In this document: in pieces, positions 1-9,947 of the stretch
Position numbering within the stretch: the first letter of the stretch is position 1
Layout of the letters: every line of letters begins with the position of its first letter
Assembly (NCBI GenBank): GCA_032128875.1
Contig: JAVLKG010000001.1
Span: forward strand, 64,001 to 128,000
Source: Candidatus Melainabacteria bacterium 17Bon1m
Lineage (GTDB): Bacteria; Cyanobacteriota; Vampirovibrionia; Obscuribacterales; Obscuribacteraceae
Length of the DNA stretch: 64,000 nt
Reading direction: 5' to 3'
Translations under genes and position numbers: made by a program
Notes under the pieces: model-generated
Told to the model about the DNA's origin: nothing
Database searches by the model: none
Seen by the model: the letters and a program-made list of their open reading frames with translations, nothing else

Positions 1-310
1 AGCCGAAAACGCCGTTTGGAGGCACGACTTTCCAGAGCTGGCGGACATATACTTCGTCCGAGAAGTTGGAAAGCATGATGATGCCGGTATTCGGCAGGGA
101 ATTCAAGATTTGCTCGGCAGCCTTAATGCCCGAGAGATGCGGCATTTTGATATCCAAAAAGACCAGTGGCGGCTTCAATTTGGCTGCCATATCTACGACT
201 TGTTGCCCATCATGGGCTTCTTCCACCGGCAAATTGTCGGGGAAATGCTCCGTGAGCAGGCTCTTAAGCCAGTTGCGGTCTCTTTCTTCATCATCAGCGA
301 TGAGTATCAT
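1..310 (-). CDS. Response regulator receiver domain, probably NarL/LuxR family; 3' end runs off the window
   Basis: Translated by hand from ATG 310: MILIADDEERDRNWLKSLL...VVDMAAKLKPPLVFLDIKMPHLSGIKAAEQI...IIMLS. It has the acidic pair and the DIKMP phosphoacceptor, and overlaps the kinase stop (ATGA). Not in the ORF track. Confidence 0.9.
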   Translation of the reverse strand, partial: MILIADDEERDRNWLKSLLTEHFPDNLPVEEAHDGQQVVDMAAKLKPPLVFLDIKMPHLSGIKAAEQILNSLPNTGIIMLSNFSDEVYVRQLWKVVPPNGVFG

Positions 311-2196
311 GTTGCATCCACCTTTTTAACTGGGTTTTCGTCCATGTTTATCTTAAGGCTCAATTCAGTGCCTGAGGGAAACTTGACAGGCTTTTTCCAC
401 TCAACCTGAGCGCCTATTAATTGAGCGCGCTGGCGAATGTTGAGTAGTCCGTGTGAATCCTTGCGGATCAGTTTTGGGTCGATGCCCCTTCCATTGTCCG
501 TGACGGCGATCGTCAGCTGTTGGTCGATTTTCTCTATCTTTAGCTCGACGACCGATGCTTTGGAATGTTTCCCCACATTATTCAGCGCTTCCTGGACAAT
601 TCGATAAAGCTGCAGTTTCGTGAAATTGGTGATCTTGTAATCATCGTGTCCGTCTCCGTCCATGAAATTGCCTTCGATTTCGTGGTCGCGAGTCAGTATC
701 GAAAGCAAGTTTTCCAGCGCTGATTTAAACCCCATAGTCTCGAGAACCGAGGGGTGCAGATCGTTGATTACACGGCGCATCTCAATGACGGCCTGGTCGA
801 GTTTTTCTCTCATTTGTCTGGGCACTGGATTGTCATCGAGGTCGGCAGAAAGCTTATCCGCCATGCGCGCGACCGCCGAAAGTGCGGGCAGAGTTTCATC
901 ATGCAAATCTTCAGCGATGCGCTGTCTTTCTTCCTCGGCGCGCACTTGCATTGACTCTCGAGCTTGCGCGAGTTCTTTGTTTCGCTGCCGTAAGTCAGTA
1001 TCCAAATAAATGAATGTTCCCAGTGAAAAACCGAGGGTAAGCACTGCCAGCGGTGGCACAACAGGAAGCGCCATGTGAAAGCCTTCGAAAAGAATTTGCG
1101 CTGTTCCTACCAACACCATTCCAGAAGTTAGATAGGTGGCGGTTCTTGTGCTTAGTGGCAAGATTGACGCAACCGCCCCGAATGCAGCGCCGAGAAGAAG
1201 CAACAAGTGGTGCGCGATGTTTTTGGGAAAACTGTATATAACCTGATTGTCCAGCAGTGTTTGAATGGCGTCTGCATGCATGACCACGTCGGGAACATTG
1301 TCCTCCAGAGGCGTGCGTCTTTTGAATGGTTCTTCCCGTCTCTTTGTGAAGGAGCAGCCGATCATCACAATTCTGTCTTTGAATTTGCTTCCGTCAAAGT
1401 CGCTTTCGAGCACATCGCGGAAGGAAACGGACGGATATTGAATCCGGCGGAAATTGATGTATGCAGGCTGATCTGATTGGAAGTTCAAGATCTGCGTCGA
1501 GGGACCAACACCTTTGATTTGGCGGTGCAGATTGATGACTGCTTCTGTCAAAGACGGCACCGGGGCTGCGCTTATAGATGAAGTATCGATGTCGCCTTGC
1601 GAATCTCGGTAATTGACTGGCAGCCTGCAAATCAAGCCGTTGTTCTCTTGAATCAGCTCGTCATAACCATATGCGCGGACGTTGTTCATAATCGTCCGGC
1701 TCGGTAAATCCGTGCTGCCCTCGAGGCTGCCGAAAAGTCCGATCACTACATTGTTGTATTTGCGAATCACGCTAATCAAGTCTGTGTTTGCCGCGCCGCG
1801 CAAATCCAGGTCGATCACAATAATCGCTGGCCCCTTCTTCTCTATATTCTCAATCGCTGTTGCGAGAACACTTTGCGCGTGGTCATCGTTGAAGCGGGCA
1901 ATACCGATGTCGAATTGAGATAAGTCGTCGAAGTCTATGATGCTGATGTCTCGCGACTCAGCCGGGCGTTGGACGGCTGAGTACAATTTTTGCGAAACTC
2001 GATAGCGCCACTCCAACATGCTCAGTTCCATGCTTTCCAAAACCGTGGACTCAGCGAGTAATAGTGTTGCTACGCATCCTGCCAGCGCTCCCCAGAACAA
2101 TCTCTGGAAAAGTAAGCTATCTCGCCCATGTATCCACATGGACGGTATCAACAGTCGTTTTATAGATGCGAGTAACACCCTCATCCTGGTCCCCAA
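307..2196 (-). CDS. CHASE2-domain membrane sensor histidine kinase (HisKA_3/NarX type)
   Basis: N-terminal TM, CHASE2-like region (IIDFDD...IIVIDLDL...KDRIVMIG...HADAIQTLL), 3 TMs, H-box ERQRIAEDLHDE, N-box YRIVQEALNNVGKHS, G-box DNGRG. Confidence 0.9.
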   Translation of the reverse strand: MGTRMRVLLASIKRLLIPSMWIHGRDSLLFQRLFWGALAGCVATLLLAESTVLESMELSMLEWRYRVSQKLYSAVQRPAESRDISIIDFDDLSQFDIGIARFNDDHAQSVLATAIENIEKKGPAIIVIDLDLRGAANTDLISVIRKYNNVVIGLFGSLEGSTDLPSRTIMNNVRAYGYDELIQENNGLICRLPVNYRDSQGDIDTSSISAAPVPSLTEAVINLHRQIKGVGPSTQILNFQSDQPAYINFRRIQYPSVSFRDVLESDFDGSKFKDRIVMIGCSFTKRREEPFKRRTPLEDNVPDVVMHADAIQTLLDNQVIYSFPKNIAHHLLLLLGAAFGAVASILPLSTRTATYLTSGMVLVGTAQILFEGFHMALPVVPPLAVLTLGFSLGTFIYLDTDLRQRNKELAQARESMQVRAEEERQRIAEDLHDETLPALSAVARMADKLSADLDDNPVPRQMREKLDQAVIEMRRVINDLHPSVLETMGFKSALENLLSILTRDHEIEGNFMDGDGHDDYKITNFTKLQLYRIVQEALNNVGKHSKASVVELKIEKIDQQLTIAVTDNGRGIDPKLIRKDSHGLLNIRQRAQLIGAQVEWKKPVKFPSGTELSLKINMDENPVKKVDAT

Positions 2197-2250
2197 AAAA
2201 GCAGTTTCACCTGCTCCAACTGTAGTCTAGCGCGGTCGTTTCGGCAATTG

Positions 2251-2265
2251 GCTGGGGTAAACCCC
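2251..2265. promoter_or_regulatory. Palindromic site GCTGGGGTAAACCCC upstream of VIT-vWA paralog 1 and the CHASE2 kinase
   Basis: The identical 15-mer recurs at 7335-7349 upstream of paralog 2. A related GGGAAAACCCC lies at 2401-2411. Confidence 0.55.
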
Positions 2266-2515
2266 GGAACTGCTGAGCCCTTCCTCCTTGCATCCAGATA
2301 CCCTTTTACCCCGGAAATTGGCATGCGCGCTATCGCAAGCATATAGCTCACAGGCCGGCAAATTGTAGGCATATAGATTGATGCACCCAGGTCACGCTTC
2401 GGGAAAACCCCAGAGCGGGACACCTCTTCTTCCCAAAGACTTGCCGCGCTGTAGTCCGTAGTCTGGTTATAGGAGTGCCCAGGCATTTTTTGCGGCAATT
2501 GACGAGGTATTAGAT

Positions 2516-5059
2516 ATGAAGCGTTTGGCTCTTGCATCCATGCTGGCGGTGGGCATTGGTTTGCTGCCACCCCCACAAGCATCTCGGGCATCAGGTTTTA
2601 TTGTTGTAGACCCTTCTTTTGGCGGAGGCGCCGCTGTTATGGCTCCGGTGCCTGCCATCGGTGTGCCGCCTGTGCGCCCTGGCGTCGTCCTTCGCCCGCT
2701 GACACCACGGATTGGAAGACCCGTTGTTACTCCGACGCCGCCTGCTCGCCCGATTTTGAAGGGAGGCGTTGCATTCGGTCTTCATATGGAAGCCGAGTCA
2801 ATAAAAGTGGACATCACCGATCAAGTGGCGAAAACGTATATTGTTCAGACTTTCAAAAACGACACCGATCGCAATCTCGCCGGCACCTATTTATTTCCTT
2901 TGCCTGAGGACACCACATTTAGTTCTTTCTCTTTGCACATTGACGGCAAACCGGTGGAAGGGAAAATACTCGAAGCGGCGGAGGCGAGGCAGCAATATGA
3001 AACCATCGTGCGCCAAATGGTTGATCCTGGATTGCTCGAATATGCGGATCATAAAACAGTAAGAGCGCGAATTTTTCCAATTCCCGCGCATGGAACGAAG
3101 AAGGTCGAGCTTGAATACACGCAACTGTTAAAGGCTGAAAACGGGCTTTTAAAATATCAGTTCCCGCTTAAATCCAAGGGGGGAGACGATCCTGTCGGCG
3201 AAGTAAAAATCGACATGAAGCTGCAGTCAAAACAAGGGTTGCGTACAATCTGGTCGCCAACGCACTCGATCACATCCTCGCGCTCGACAGACAGTCTTGC
3301 TAAAGTCGCTTTTCTCGGCAGAGGAATCGTGCCGGATAAGGACTTTCTTCTCTATTACAGCGTTTCCGACAAGTCGATGGCGGCCAATGTCTTAACTCAC
3401 AAAGCTGTTGGTGAAGACGGTTATTTTCTGCTGACCTTGTCACCGCCGATGAAATCAGAACAAGTCGTGGCGAAGGATATAGTCCTGATTGCTGATACTT
3501 CAGGGTCGATGCAAGGTGAGAAAATAGTCCAGCTAAAACACGCTCTTAAGTATGTTGTAAACGCGCTCAATCCTGCCGATCGATTCTCGATTGTTCAATT
3601 CAATACTGATGCTGAAGCGCTCAAATCACAATTGATGCAGGCGACCCCAGAGAATAAAAAAGCCGCTGTTGCATTCATCGACGACCTTGATGCTCGCGGT
3701 GGTACCAACATTGGCGACGCTCTATCCATGGGAACGACCATGTTGAGCCAAGCAACTGATCGCCCCGGATTTCTCGTCATGATGACCGATGGCGAACCCA
3801 CTGTGGGTGATACGGAGATCGGCAGTTTGCTCAATAAAGTGAAGTCGAAGCGCGACATTCGCGTGTTCGATTTTGGCGTTGGCAATGACATCGATACTCG
3901 GTTGCTCAATCGTTTGGCAGAAGAAAATCACGGAACAGCTCAGTATGTTTCTCCTGAAGAAAACATCGAGACAGCTCTTTCCAGTTTTTATCAAAAGATC
4001 AAGAGCCCGGTCCTGAGCGATGTTTCAATAACCTATGACGGCATCCAAGTCAAAGACACATATCCGCGTTCTGTCAAAGATATTTTCCAAGGAACACAGG
4101 TTTTGATTCTAGGAAAGTACAAAAATGGAGGCAACGCGCATCTCAACATCTCCGGCAAAGTAAACGGAGTCGCGAAAGCTTATAGCTTTCCGCTGTCTTT
4201 TGCTTCGCAGGAAGCAGGTCATACTTATTTGCCGCGTTTGTGGGCAATGCGCCGAATCGGCTATTTGACCGAAGTTGCGAAGGCTAATGGTGACAATCGC
4301 GAAGTCGTCGATGAGATCGTCGGTCTTTCTAAAAAGCACGGCATTATCACTGCGTACACTTCTTTCCTGGCTACCGACCCTAACGAGGGCAGACCGATGG
4401 CACGACCGGTTCCACGGCCGATTAGTGCCTTCAACGGAGCTCCACGGCGTATGCGCGCCGAGGATGCGCGTCCTGTCATGAGTTTTGTACCCGGTGGCGG
4501 TGGCGCATCATTTGGCTCTTCTGCATCCATTGGTTCTTCCGCCGGACCCGGTGTTTCCGGACGTGTAGCCGCCAAGGCACGTTTCTATAGAGCCCCAGCA
4601 ATGAGTGCCATGCCCGCGCCCTCCGAGGAAGATTCTGCCGTCGCTTACGAGGGCGCTGGAGACAAGGCAGCCAGCTTTAACGGTCGATGGCTCAAGAAAT
4701 CCGAGGCGTCCTATTCGCTGGCGCGTCAGATTGCTCAGGCTCCGTATAATGGCGCGGCTGCGGTCGCTAGAGAGAAGGAGCTTCTGAAGCTAAAAACCAA
4801 AGACGTCATTTCTGACCGCGAAAGCAAGCAATCCGGTATGAAGTGGATTGAGGGCAAAACCTTCTATCTGCGCGACGGATTTTGGACCGACAGCGCGCTT
4901 TTGGAAGGCTCTCACCTGCAGCCGGAAGTGATTCAGTTCGGTTCGACAAAATATTTCGAACTGGTGAAGAAACATCCAGGCATCACGAAATTCCTCGGAG
5001 CTGGACCAAAAGTCATGGTTCTTTTCGAAGGTAAGTGCTTGAAAATCGTTACACCATAG
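2516..5059 (+). CDS. Secreted VIT + von Willebrand factor A domain protein (inter-alpha-trypsin inhibitor-like), paralog 1
   Basis: Signal peptide, VIT region (AKTYIVQTFKN...GTYLFPLPE), MIDAS DTSGSM, TDGEPT, LPRLWAMRRIGYL, C-terminal KTFYLRDGFWTD. Confidence 0.9.
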   Translation: MKRLALASMLAVGIGLLPPPQASRASGFIVVDPSFGGGAAVMAPVPAIGVPPVRPGVVLRPLTPRIGRPVVTPTPPARPILKGGVAFGLHMEAESIKVDITDQVAKTYIVQTFKNDTDRNLAGTYLFPLPEDTTFSSFSLHIDGKPVEGKILEAAEARQQYETIVRQMVDPGLLEYADHKTVRARIFPIPAHGTKKVELEYTQLLKAENGLLKYQFPLKSKGGDDPVGEVKIDMKLQSKQGLRTIWSPTHSITSSRSTDSLAKVAFLGRGIVPDKDFLLYYSVSDKSMAANVLTHKAVGEDGYFLLTLSPPMKSEQVVAKDIVLIADTSGSMQGEKIVQLKHALKYVVNALNPADRFSIVQFNTDAEALKSQLMQATPENKKAAVAFIDDLDARGGTNIGDALSMGTTMLSQATDRPGFLVMMTDGEPTVGDTEIGSLLNKVKSKRDIRVFDFGVGNDIDTRLLNRLAEENHGTAQYVSPEENIETALSSFYQKIKSPVLSDVSITYDGIQVKDTYPRSVKDIFQGTQVLILGKYKNGGNAHLNISGKVNGVAKAYSFPLSFASQEAGHTYLPRLWAMRRIGYLTEVAKANGDNREVVDEIVGLSKKHGIITAYTSFLATDPNEGRPMARPVPRPISAFNGAPRRMRAEDARPVMSFVPGGGGASFGSSASIGSSAGPGVSGRVAAKARFYRAPAMSAMPAPSEEDSAVAYEGAGDKAASFNGRWLKKSEASYSLARQIAQAPYNGAAAVAREKELLKLKTKDVISDRESKQSGMKWIEGKTFYLRDGFWTDSALLEGSHLQPEVIQFGSTKYFELVKKHPGITKFLGAGPKVMVLFEGKCLKIVTP

Positions 5060-5097
5060 GTAGTGGCATTTCGATTCTGCTGCGTGTCACGCATTTT

Positions 5098-6648
5098 CTA
5101 CTGCGTGGCACGCACCTTTTCTTGCGGAGTCGGATCTTTAGAGCGGCCGAAAGGCACTCTAAACCAGAATGTAGAGCCTTCATGCTTCTTGCTGTGCACG
5201 CCGATATCACCGCCCATCAAGTCAACATAGCTTTTGGCGATACTCAGACCGAGACCTGTTCCGCCGAACAGCCTCGTTGTGGAAGGATCAGCTTGTACGT
5301 ACGGTTGGAAGAGGCGCTCGATGGTGTCTTCGCTCAGTCCAATTCCAGTGTCCGTTACTTTGAATTCGATTAAGAGTGTATTGTCTTTCGCCTCGACAAG
5401 ATTTGCCGATATGTAAACAGAACCCTTCTCTGAGAATTTAACGGCGTTGCTAGCGAGGTTTAGCAAAATCTGCCTGATTCTCAATTCGTCACCGGAAATA
5501 GTTTCCGGAATATCGGGATCGACAATTGAGCGCAGTGTCAAGCCTTTCTTGGTGCGCTCAGGGTTGATCATTCGAATTACGTCAATGATTGTTGATCGCA
5601 AAGAGAAGTCTCTGTACTCAAGATTTACCTTGCCTGCTTCAACTTTCGAGAAGTCCAGCAATTCGTTTAGGACGCTGAACAAACTCTGAGAAGCCTCCAA
5701 AACTGCATCAGCGATACTCTGTGCTGATTCCGGCAACTCTTCTTCTTGAGTGAGGATCTCAGCTAATGCAATGATGCCGCCTAAGGGGGCGCGAATTTCA
5801 TGACTGACTGTTGAAATAAAACTGCTCTTTAACCTGCTTGTTTCTTCGAGAGTCAACAGTTGTGCTTGCAACGTGTCATTCTCATCTCGCAACCTTTTAT
5901 TCTTGGTTATATCGCGAAGGATTGTCGATGCACCAATCACTTCCCCGTTGCTCCCGAATATGGGAGAGATTGTGAGGGAGACGTCTATGCGTTCTCCGTC
6001 TTTTCTAAGACGAATCGTCTCATAAGGCTGTATTTTTTCGCCTTTTCTCAGCTTTTCCAAAAGACGCGGCTCTTCGTCAGGCATCTCAGGTGGTATCAAT
6101 ATTTCTATGGACTTTCCGACCATCTCGTCTGCGGTATATCCAAAAATCTCAGTTGCGCCCTTATTCCAAGTTTGAATAATACTGTTCAAATCCTTGCTGA
6201 TAATGCCGTCTTCCGAAGAATCGACTATCGCTGCGAGCATGGCCCGGTCGCGAGAAGTTTTAGATTGATTGGTAATATCGCGCGCGATTTTCGACCCGCC
6301 CACCAGTGTTCCAGACTCGTCATACACTGGAGAAACCGTCAGGGAGATGTTGATGAGCTGCCCATCTTTACGACGCCTAATGGTCTCGTAATGTTCGATT
6401 TTTTCACCGCGTTTCAGCTTGGAGATAATCTCGTCTTCTTCAGAAAGCAGATGTTCCGGTATCAGGGTGGTAATTGATTTTCCGACCATCTCCTCGGCTG
6501 TGTAGCCAAAAATACGCTCAGCTCCTCGATTCCAGGTCTGAACGATGCTTTGCAGATTTTTACTAATAATGGCATCTTCGCTAGACTCGACAAGTGAGGC
6601 TAGCAATGACTGCATCTGACTGGCGTTCAGCCGATTTAAATCTCCCAT
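5098..6648 (-). CDS. Cytoplasmic two-PAS histidine kinase
   Basis: Two near-duplicate PAS/PAC repeats (SSEDAIISK...WNRGAERIFGY), H-box SHEIRAPL, N-box NLASNAVKF, G-boxes DTGIG and GGTGLGL. No receiver domain. Confidence 0.92.
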   Translation of the reverse strand: MGDLNRLNASQMQSLLASLVESSEDAIISKNLQSIVQTWNRGAERIFGYTAEEMVGKSITTLIPEHLLSEEDEIISKLKRGEKIEHYETIRRRKDGQLINISLTVSPVYDESGTLVGGSKIARDITNQSKTSRDRAMLAAIVDSSEDGIISKDLNSIIQTWNKGATEIFGYTADEMVGKSIEILIPPEMPDEEPRLLEKLRKGEKIQPYETIRLRKDGERIDVSLTISPIFGSNGEVIGASTILRDITKNKRLRDENDTLQAQLLTLEETSRLKSSFISTVSHEIRAPLGGIIALAEILTQEEELPESAQSIADAVLEASQSLFSVLNELLDFSKVEAGKVNLEYRDFSLRSTIIDVIRMINPERTKKGLTLRSIVDPDIPETISGDELRIRQILLNLASNAVKFSEKGSVYISANLVEAKDNTLLIEFKVTDTGIGLSEDTIERLFQPYVQADPSTTRLFGGTGLGLSIAKSYVDLMGGDIGVHSKKHEGSTFWFRVPFGRSKDPTPQEKVRATQ

Positions 6649-6843
6649 TTCGCCGACTGCCTTCCCGCCCCTTTCGGATCCCCTGTGCTCTATGGACTAG
6701 GCGTGCGGAACCCACTGAAAGTTCCAGCTATTACAGAACTATAATAGCTGGAAAATCGGTTGTCACATTGTGCAATTGGATACGAACAGTTTGCCATTCG
6801 CCGTTTATTACACTTAGTTGCTTCCTGCGGCAGCCTGGAGGCT

Positions 6844-7182
6844 TTACTGCGGCACTGTTTGAGCTGTTCCTGCAACCGATCGAGCCGGTTTGTCCAATTT
6901 TGACACCGGCGGTGCGTCGCCCTGAGCTACAACATTTGGCTTGATGACAAAGTTTTGGTACGCATAAACGACGCCTGAAACGGCTGAGGCGATAAGAGCC
7001 ACTATCAGCATGCTGACGAAAGTCGAGCCTGGTTCATGAACGCCTGTGAGCTGACTAATTCGCCTTTTCAGCTCCGGATCGTCCGGATGGTACCAGACTA
7101 GATTCTGGCGCGTGCATCGTGCGCAGCGAGTCGAGTACTTTTTCATGACGTTGCCGCAGTCCGCGCACAGAATGACTTTCAA
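6844..7182 (-). CDS. Hypothetical zinc-ribbon membrane protein
   Basis: CADC...CARC pair followed by one hydrophobic helix (FVSMLIVALIASAVSGVVYAY). TTG start with GGAG upstream. Confidence 0.6.
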   Translation of the reverse strand: MKVILCADCGNVMKKYSTRCARCTRQNLVWYHPDDPELKRRISQLTGVHEPGSTFVSMLIVALIASAVSGVVYAYQNFVIKPNVVAQGDAPPVSKLDKPARSVAGTAQTVPQ

Positions 7183-7334
7183 CTGAAATCTCCGCCAATA
7201 CCAGTGTCTATTTTATTAGTCTTTGAACTCAGGTTAAATAGCCTCACGCGGGATGTCAAGTTGAATTTCCTGAATATTTGGCTGTTTGCGCAATTAATTT
7301 GGCTTTAGCGTAGAGATCGAAGAGCGGGTAAAAA

Positions 7335-7351
7335 GCTGGGGTAAACCCCAG
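7335..7351. promoter_or_regulatory. Palindrome CTGGGGT-AA-ACCCCAG upstream of VIT-vWA paralog 2
   Basis: 7-2-7 inverted repeat sharing 15 nt with the 2251-2265 site. Confidence 0.55.
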
Positions 7352-7477
7352 TTTGCTAAGCACGCTTATCCTGGCGAATCAGGTGCAGGGATTCCGTAAG
7401 CTGATAGAGCGGCATTCCGCCTAACCGGCTGCTTTGCTCGTTTGAAGTAGTCGCGGCGAAGACAATGAGGTCAGATA

Positions 7478-9855
7478 ATGAAAACTGTTGCACTGGCATC
7501 TATTGCGGCTCTTGCCGCCAGCCTGGCGCTGCCCGCCCAGGTGTTCGCCTCTGGCTGGATTGTAATCGACCCGATTATGGGTGGCAGACCCGTTCCCCGA
7601 CCGATTGTCAGACCGGTGCCCGGTCATACACCTGCCGTTCCGGCGCCAGGAAGACGTCCTGTCCTCCAAGCTTCTGTAAGTTTCGGGCTGCACCTGCAAG
7701 ATGAAGAGGTAAAGGTCGACATTGTTGATCAAGTCGCCAAAACGTACATCACACAGACGTTTTCCAACGATACCGACAGCAATCTTGCCGGCACTTATCT
7801 TTTTCCGTTGCCAGAGGACACTACTTTCAGCTCTTTCTCCTTGCACATTGACGGAAAACCGGTTGAAGGAAAAATCTTGGAAGCAAACGCTGCGCGCGCA
7901 GAGTACGAGCAAATAGTTCGACGCATGGTCGATCCAGGCCTTTTGGAATTCGCTGATTACAAAACAGTGAGAGCGCGCATTTTCCCAATTCCTGCCCACG
8001 GCACAAAGAAAGTTGAATTGGAATACACTCAAGTTTTGAAAGCAGAAAATGGAATGCTCAAGTATCGTTTTCCTCTGAAAGCGGAAGGTGAGGCTGAGCC
8101 GGTCGACAAGATCAAGATGAATGTGAAGTTAGCAGGAAAAGCGCCGCTTCGCACCATTTGGTCGCCAACGCATACAGTCGAATCTGCGCGAAAGGGTGAT
8201 ACGGAAGCTACTGTTTCTCTGGCACAGGAGAACGTTGTGCCGGATAAAGACTTCCTGCTCTATTACAGCGTCTCCGACAAAGATGTTGCAGCCAATTTAC
8301 TCACACATCGCAAGACCGATGAAGATGGTTATTTCTTGATGACGCTTTCTCCGCCGGTGGCAGTGAAGGGGGCGGTCGCCAAAGACATTGTCATAGTCTC
8401 GGATACGTCTGGCTCTATGCAAGGCGACAAGATGGAGCACAGCAAAAAGGCATTGAAGTATATAGTCGATGCACTTGCGCCTGAGGATCGGTTTAGCCTT
8501 GTTCAATTCAATACGGACACAGACGCATTCAGCACGAAACTTTTGGCTGCCAATGCGGACAACAAGAAAGCCGCAGGGAAATTTATTGAAGAACTTGATG
8601 CACGTGGCGGCACAAACATCAGCGACGCAATTTCAATGGGAACGGCAATTCTCGGCGATGATTCTTCTAGACCGGCATACTTGGTTTTAATTACTGACGG
8701 CGAGCCTACAGTGGGCGAAACCATCATTGAAAACTCTTGAAGAGCGTCAAGCCAAAACGCGATGTTCGGATATTTGATTTCGGTGTCGGCTATGACGTAA
8801 ACACTCGTTTGCTCAATCAACTTGCTGCAGAGCATCATGGAACGGCGCAATATATTGAACCGAGCGAGAGTCTGGAAGTGGCTTTGAGCAATTTCTATCA
8901 GAAAATTAAGAGCCCGGTTTTGAGCGATGTCAAAATTGCTTACGACGGAATTCAAGTAAAAGATGTCTATCCGAAAGAAGTAAAGGATATTTTTGCTGGT
9001 CAGCAAGTACTGCTGATCGGGCGCTACAAGGGTGAAGGCAAAGCATCGTTAAAGTTGAGCGGTCGCCTCAACGGTGAAACCAAGGAATATGCATTCCCGG
9101 TGGAATTCGCAAAAGAAGATACCGGTCATTCTTACTTGCCTCGGATTTGGGCTATGCGAAGGATCGGCTATTTGACTGACGTTGCGCATGCAAATGATGA
9201 GAGCAAAGAAGTTGTTGATGAAATCATTGCACTTTCGCAGAAGTATGGAATCATCTCGGCTTATACCTCTTATCTCGTAACTGATCCCAGCGAAAATAAC
9301 GGCTCGTTTAGACGGCAAAACATACCCGGCGCAGTCAGTTTCGGTGGCGCTGCCAGACCCAGCTTCCGTGTTGATGAAACGAGAGTTCGCGGCGGTCTTG
9401 TTCCTCCGCCACCACCGGTAGTGCCGATGGGGATGTCCTCGACAAATTTGGCAAAGCGGGAAGCCGGTTCTGCAGCCAGATTTCATTATTTGAAAGTTTT
9501 CTCCGACTTCGATCACAAAGCGGAAAGCGGTCAGAAGGCTGTCTTGGTCGCGAAAACGTTGAACGAACTCAAAGAGTCCAACGCAATCGATAAACAGGAT
9601 CTGATGGCTGGAGAAATGAAAACAGTTGAAGACAAGACCTTTTACATGGTCAGCGGCTTCTGGACGGAAAGCACTTTTAAAGCAAAGGCCGCTGATATCA
9701 AAGTCAAGGAAATCAAATTCAATAGCGATGAATATTTCGCATTGATGAAATCAGTTCCAGGAATCACCAAGTTCTTGTCAGTCGGCAAACAGGTGATTGT
9801 CGAGTTCAACGGCACCTGGTACAAAATTGTCCAACCCGGTGATGCTACCGGCTAG
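7478..9855 (+). pseudogene. Secreted VIT-vWA protein, paralog 2, split by a 1-nt frameshift at about 8730-8733 (ORFs 7478-8740 and 8737-9855)
   Basis: Both ORFs are colinear with paralog 1. Adding one A to GAAAAC gives ETIIEKLLKSVKPKRDVRIF, matching paralog 1 DTEIGSLLNKVKSKRDIRVF. May be an assembly error rather than a true pseudogene. Confidence 0.8.
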
Positions 9856-9902
9856 GGCAATAGGGAGAACTCCGAAGGCAATGGACCTCTCCTAAACGGA
9901 AA

Positions 9903-9939
9903 GCGGGCGCCACTAAACATGGTGCCCGTTTTTTCTTTT
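9903..9939 (+). terminator. Rho-independent terminator
   Basis: GCGGGCGCCA-CTAAACA-TGGTGCCCGT stem followed by TTTTTCTTTTT. Confidence 0.8.
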
Positions 9940-9947
9940 TGATTACT

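Noticed and set aside
8737-9855. Independent gene starting at TTG 8737
   Set aside because: It begins in the middle of the vWA domain with no RBS or signal peptide. It is the frameshifted second half of paralog 2.
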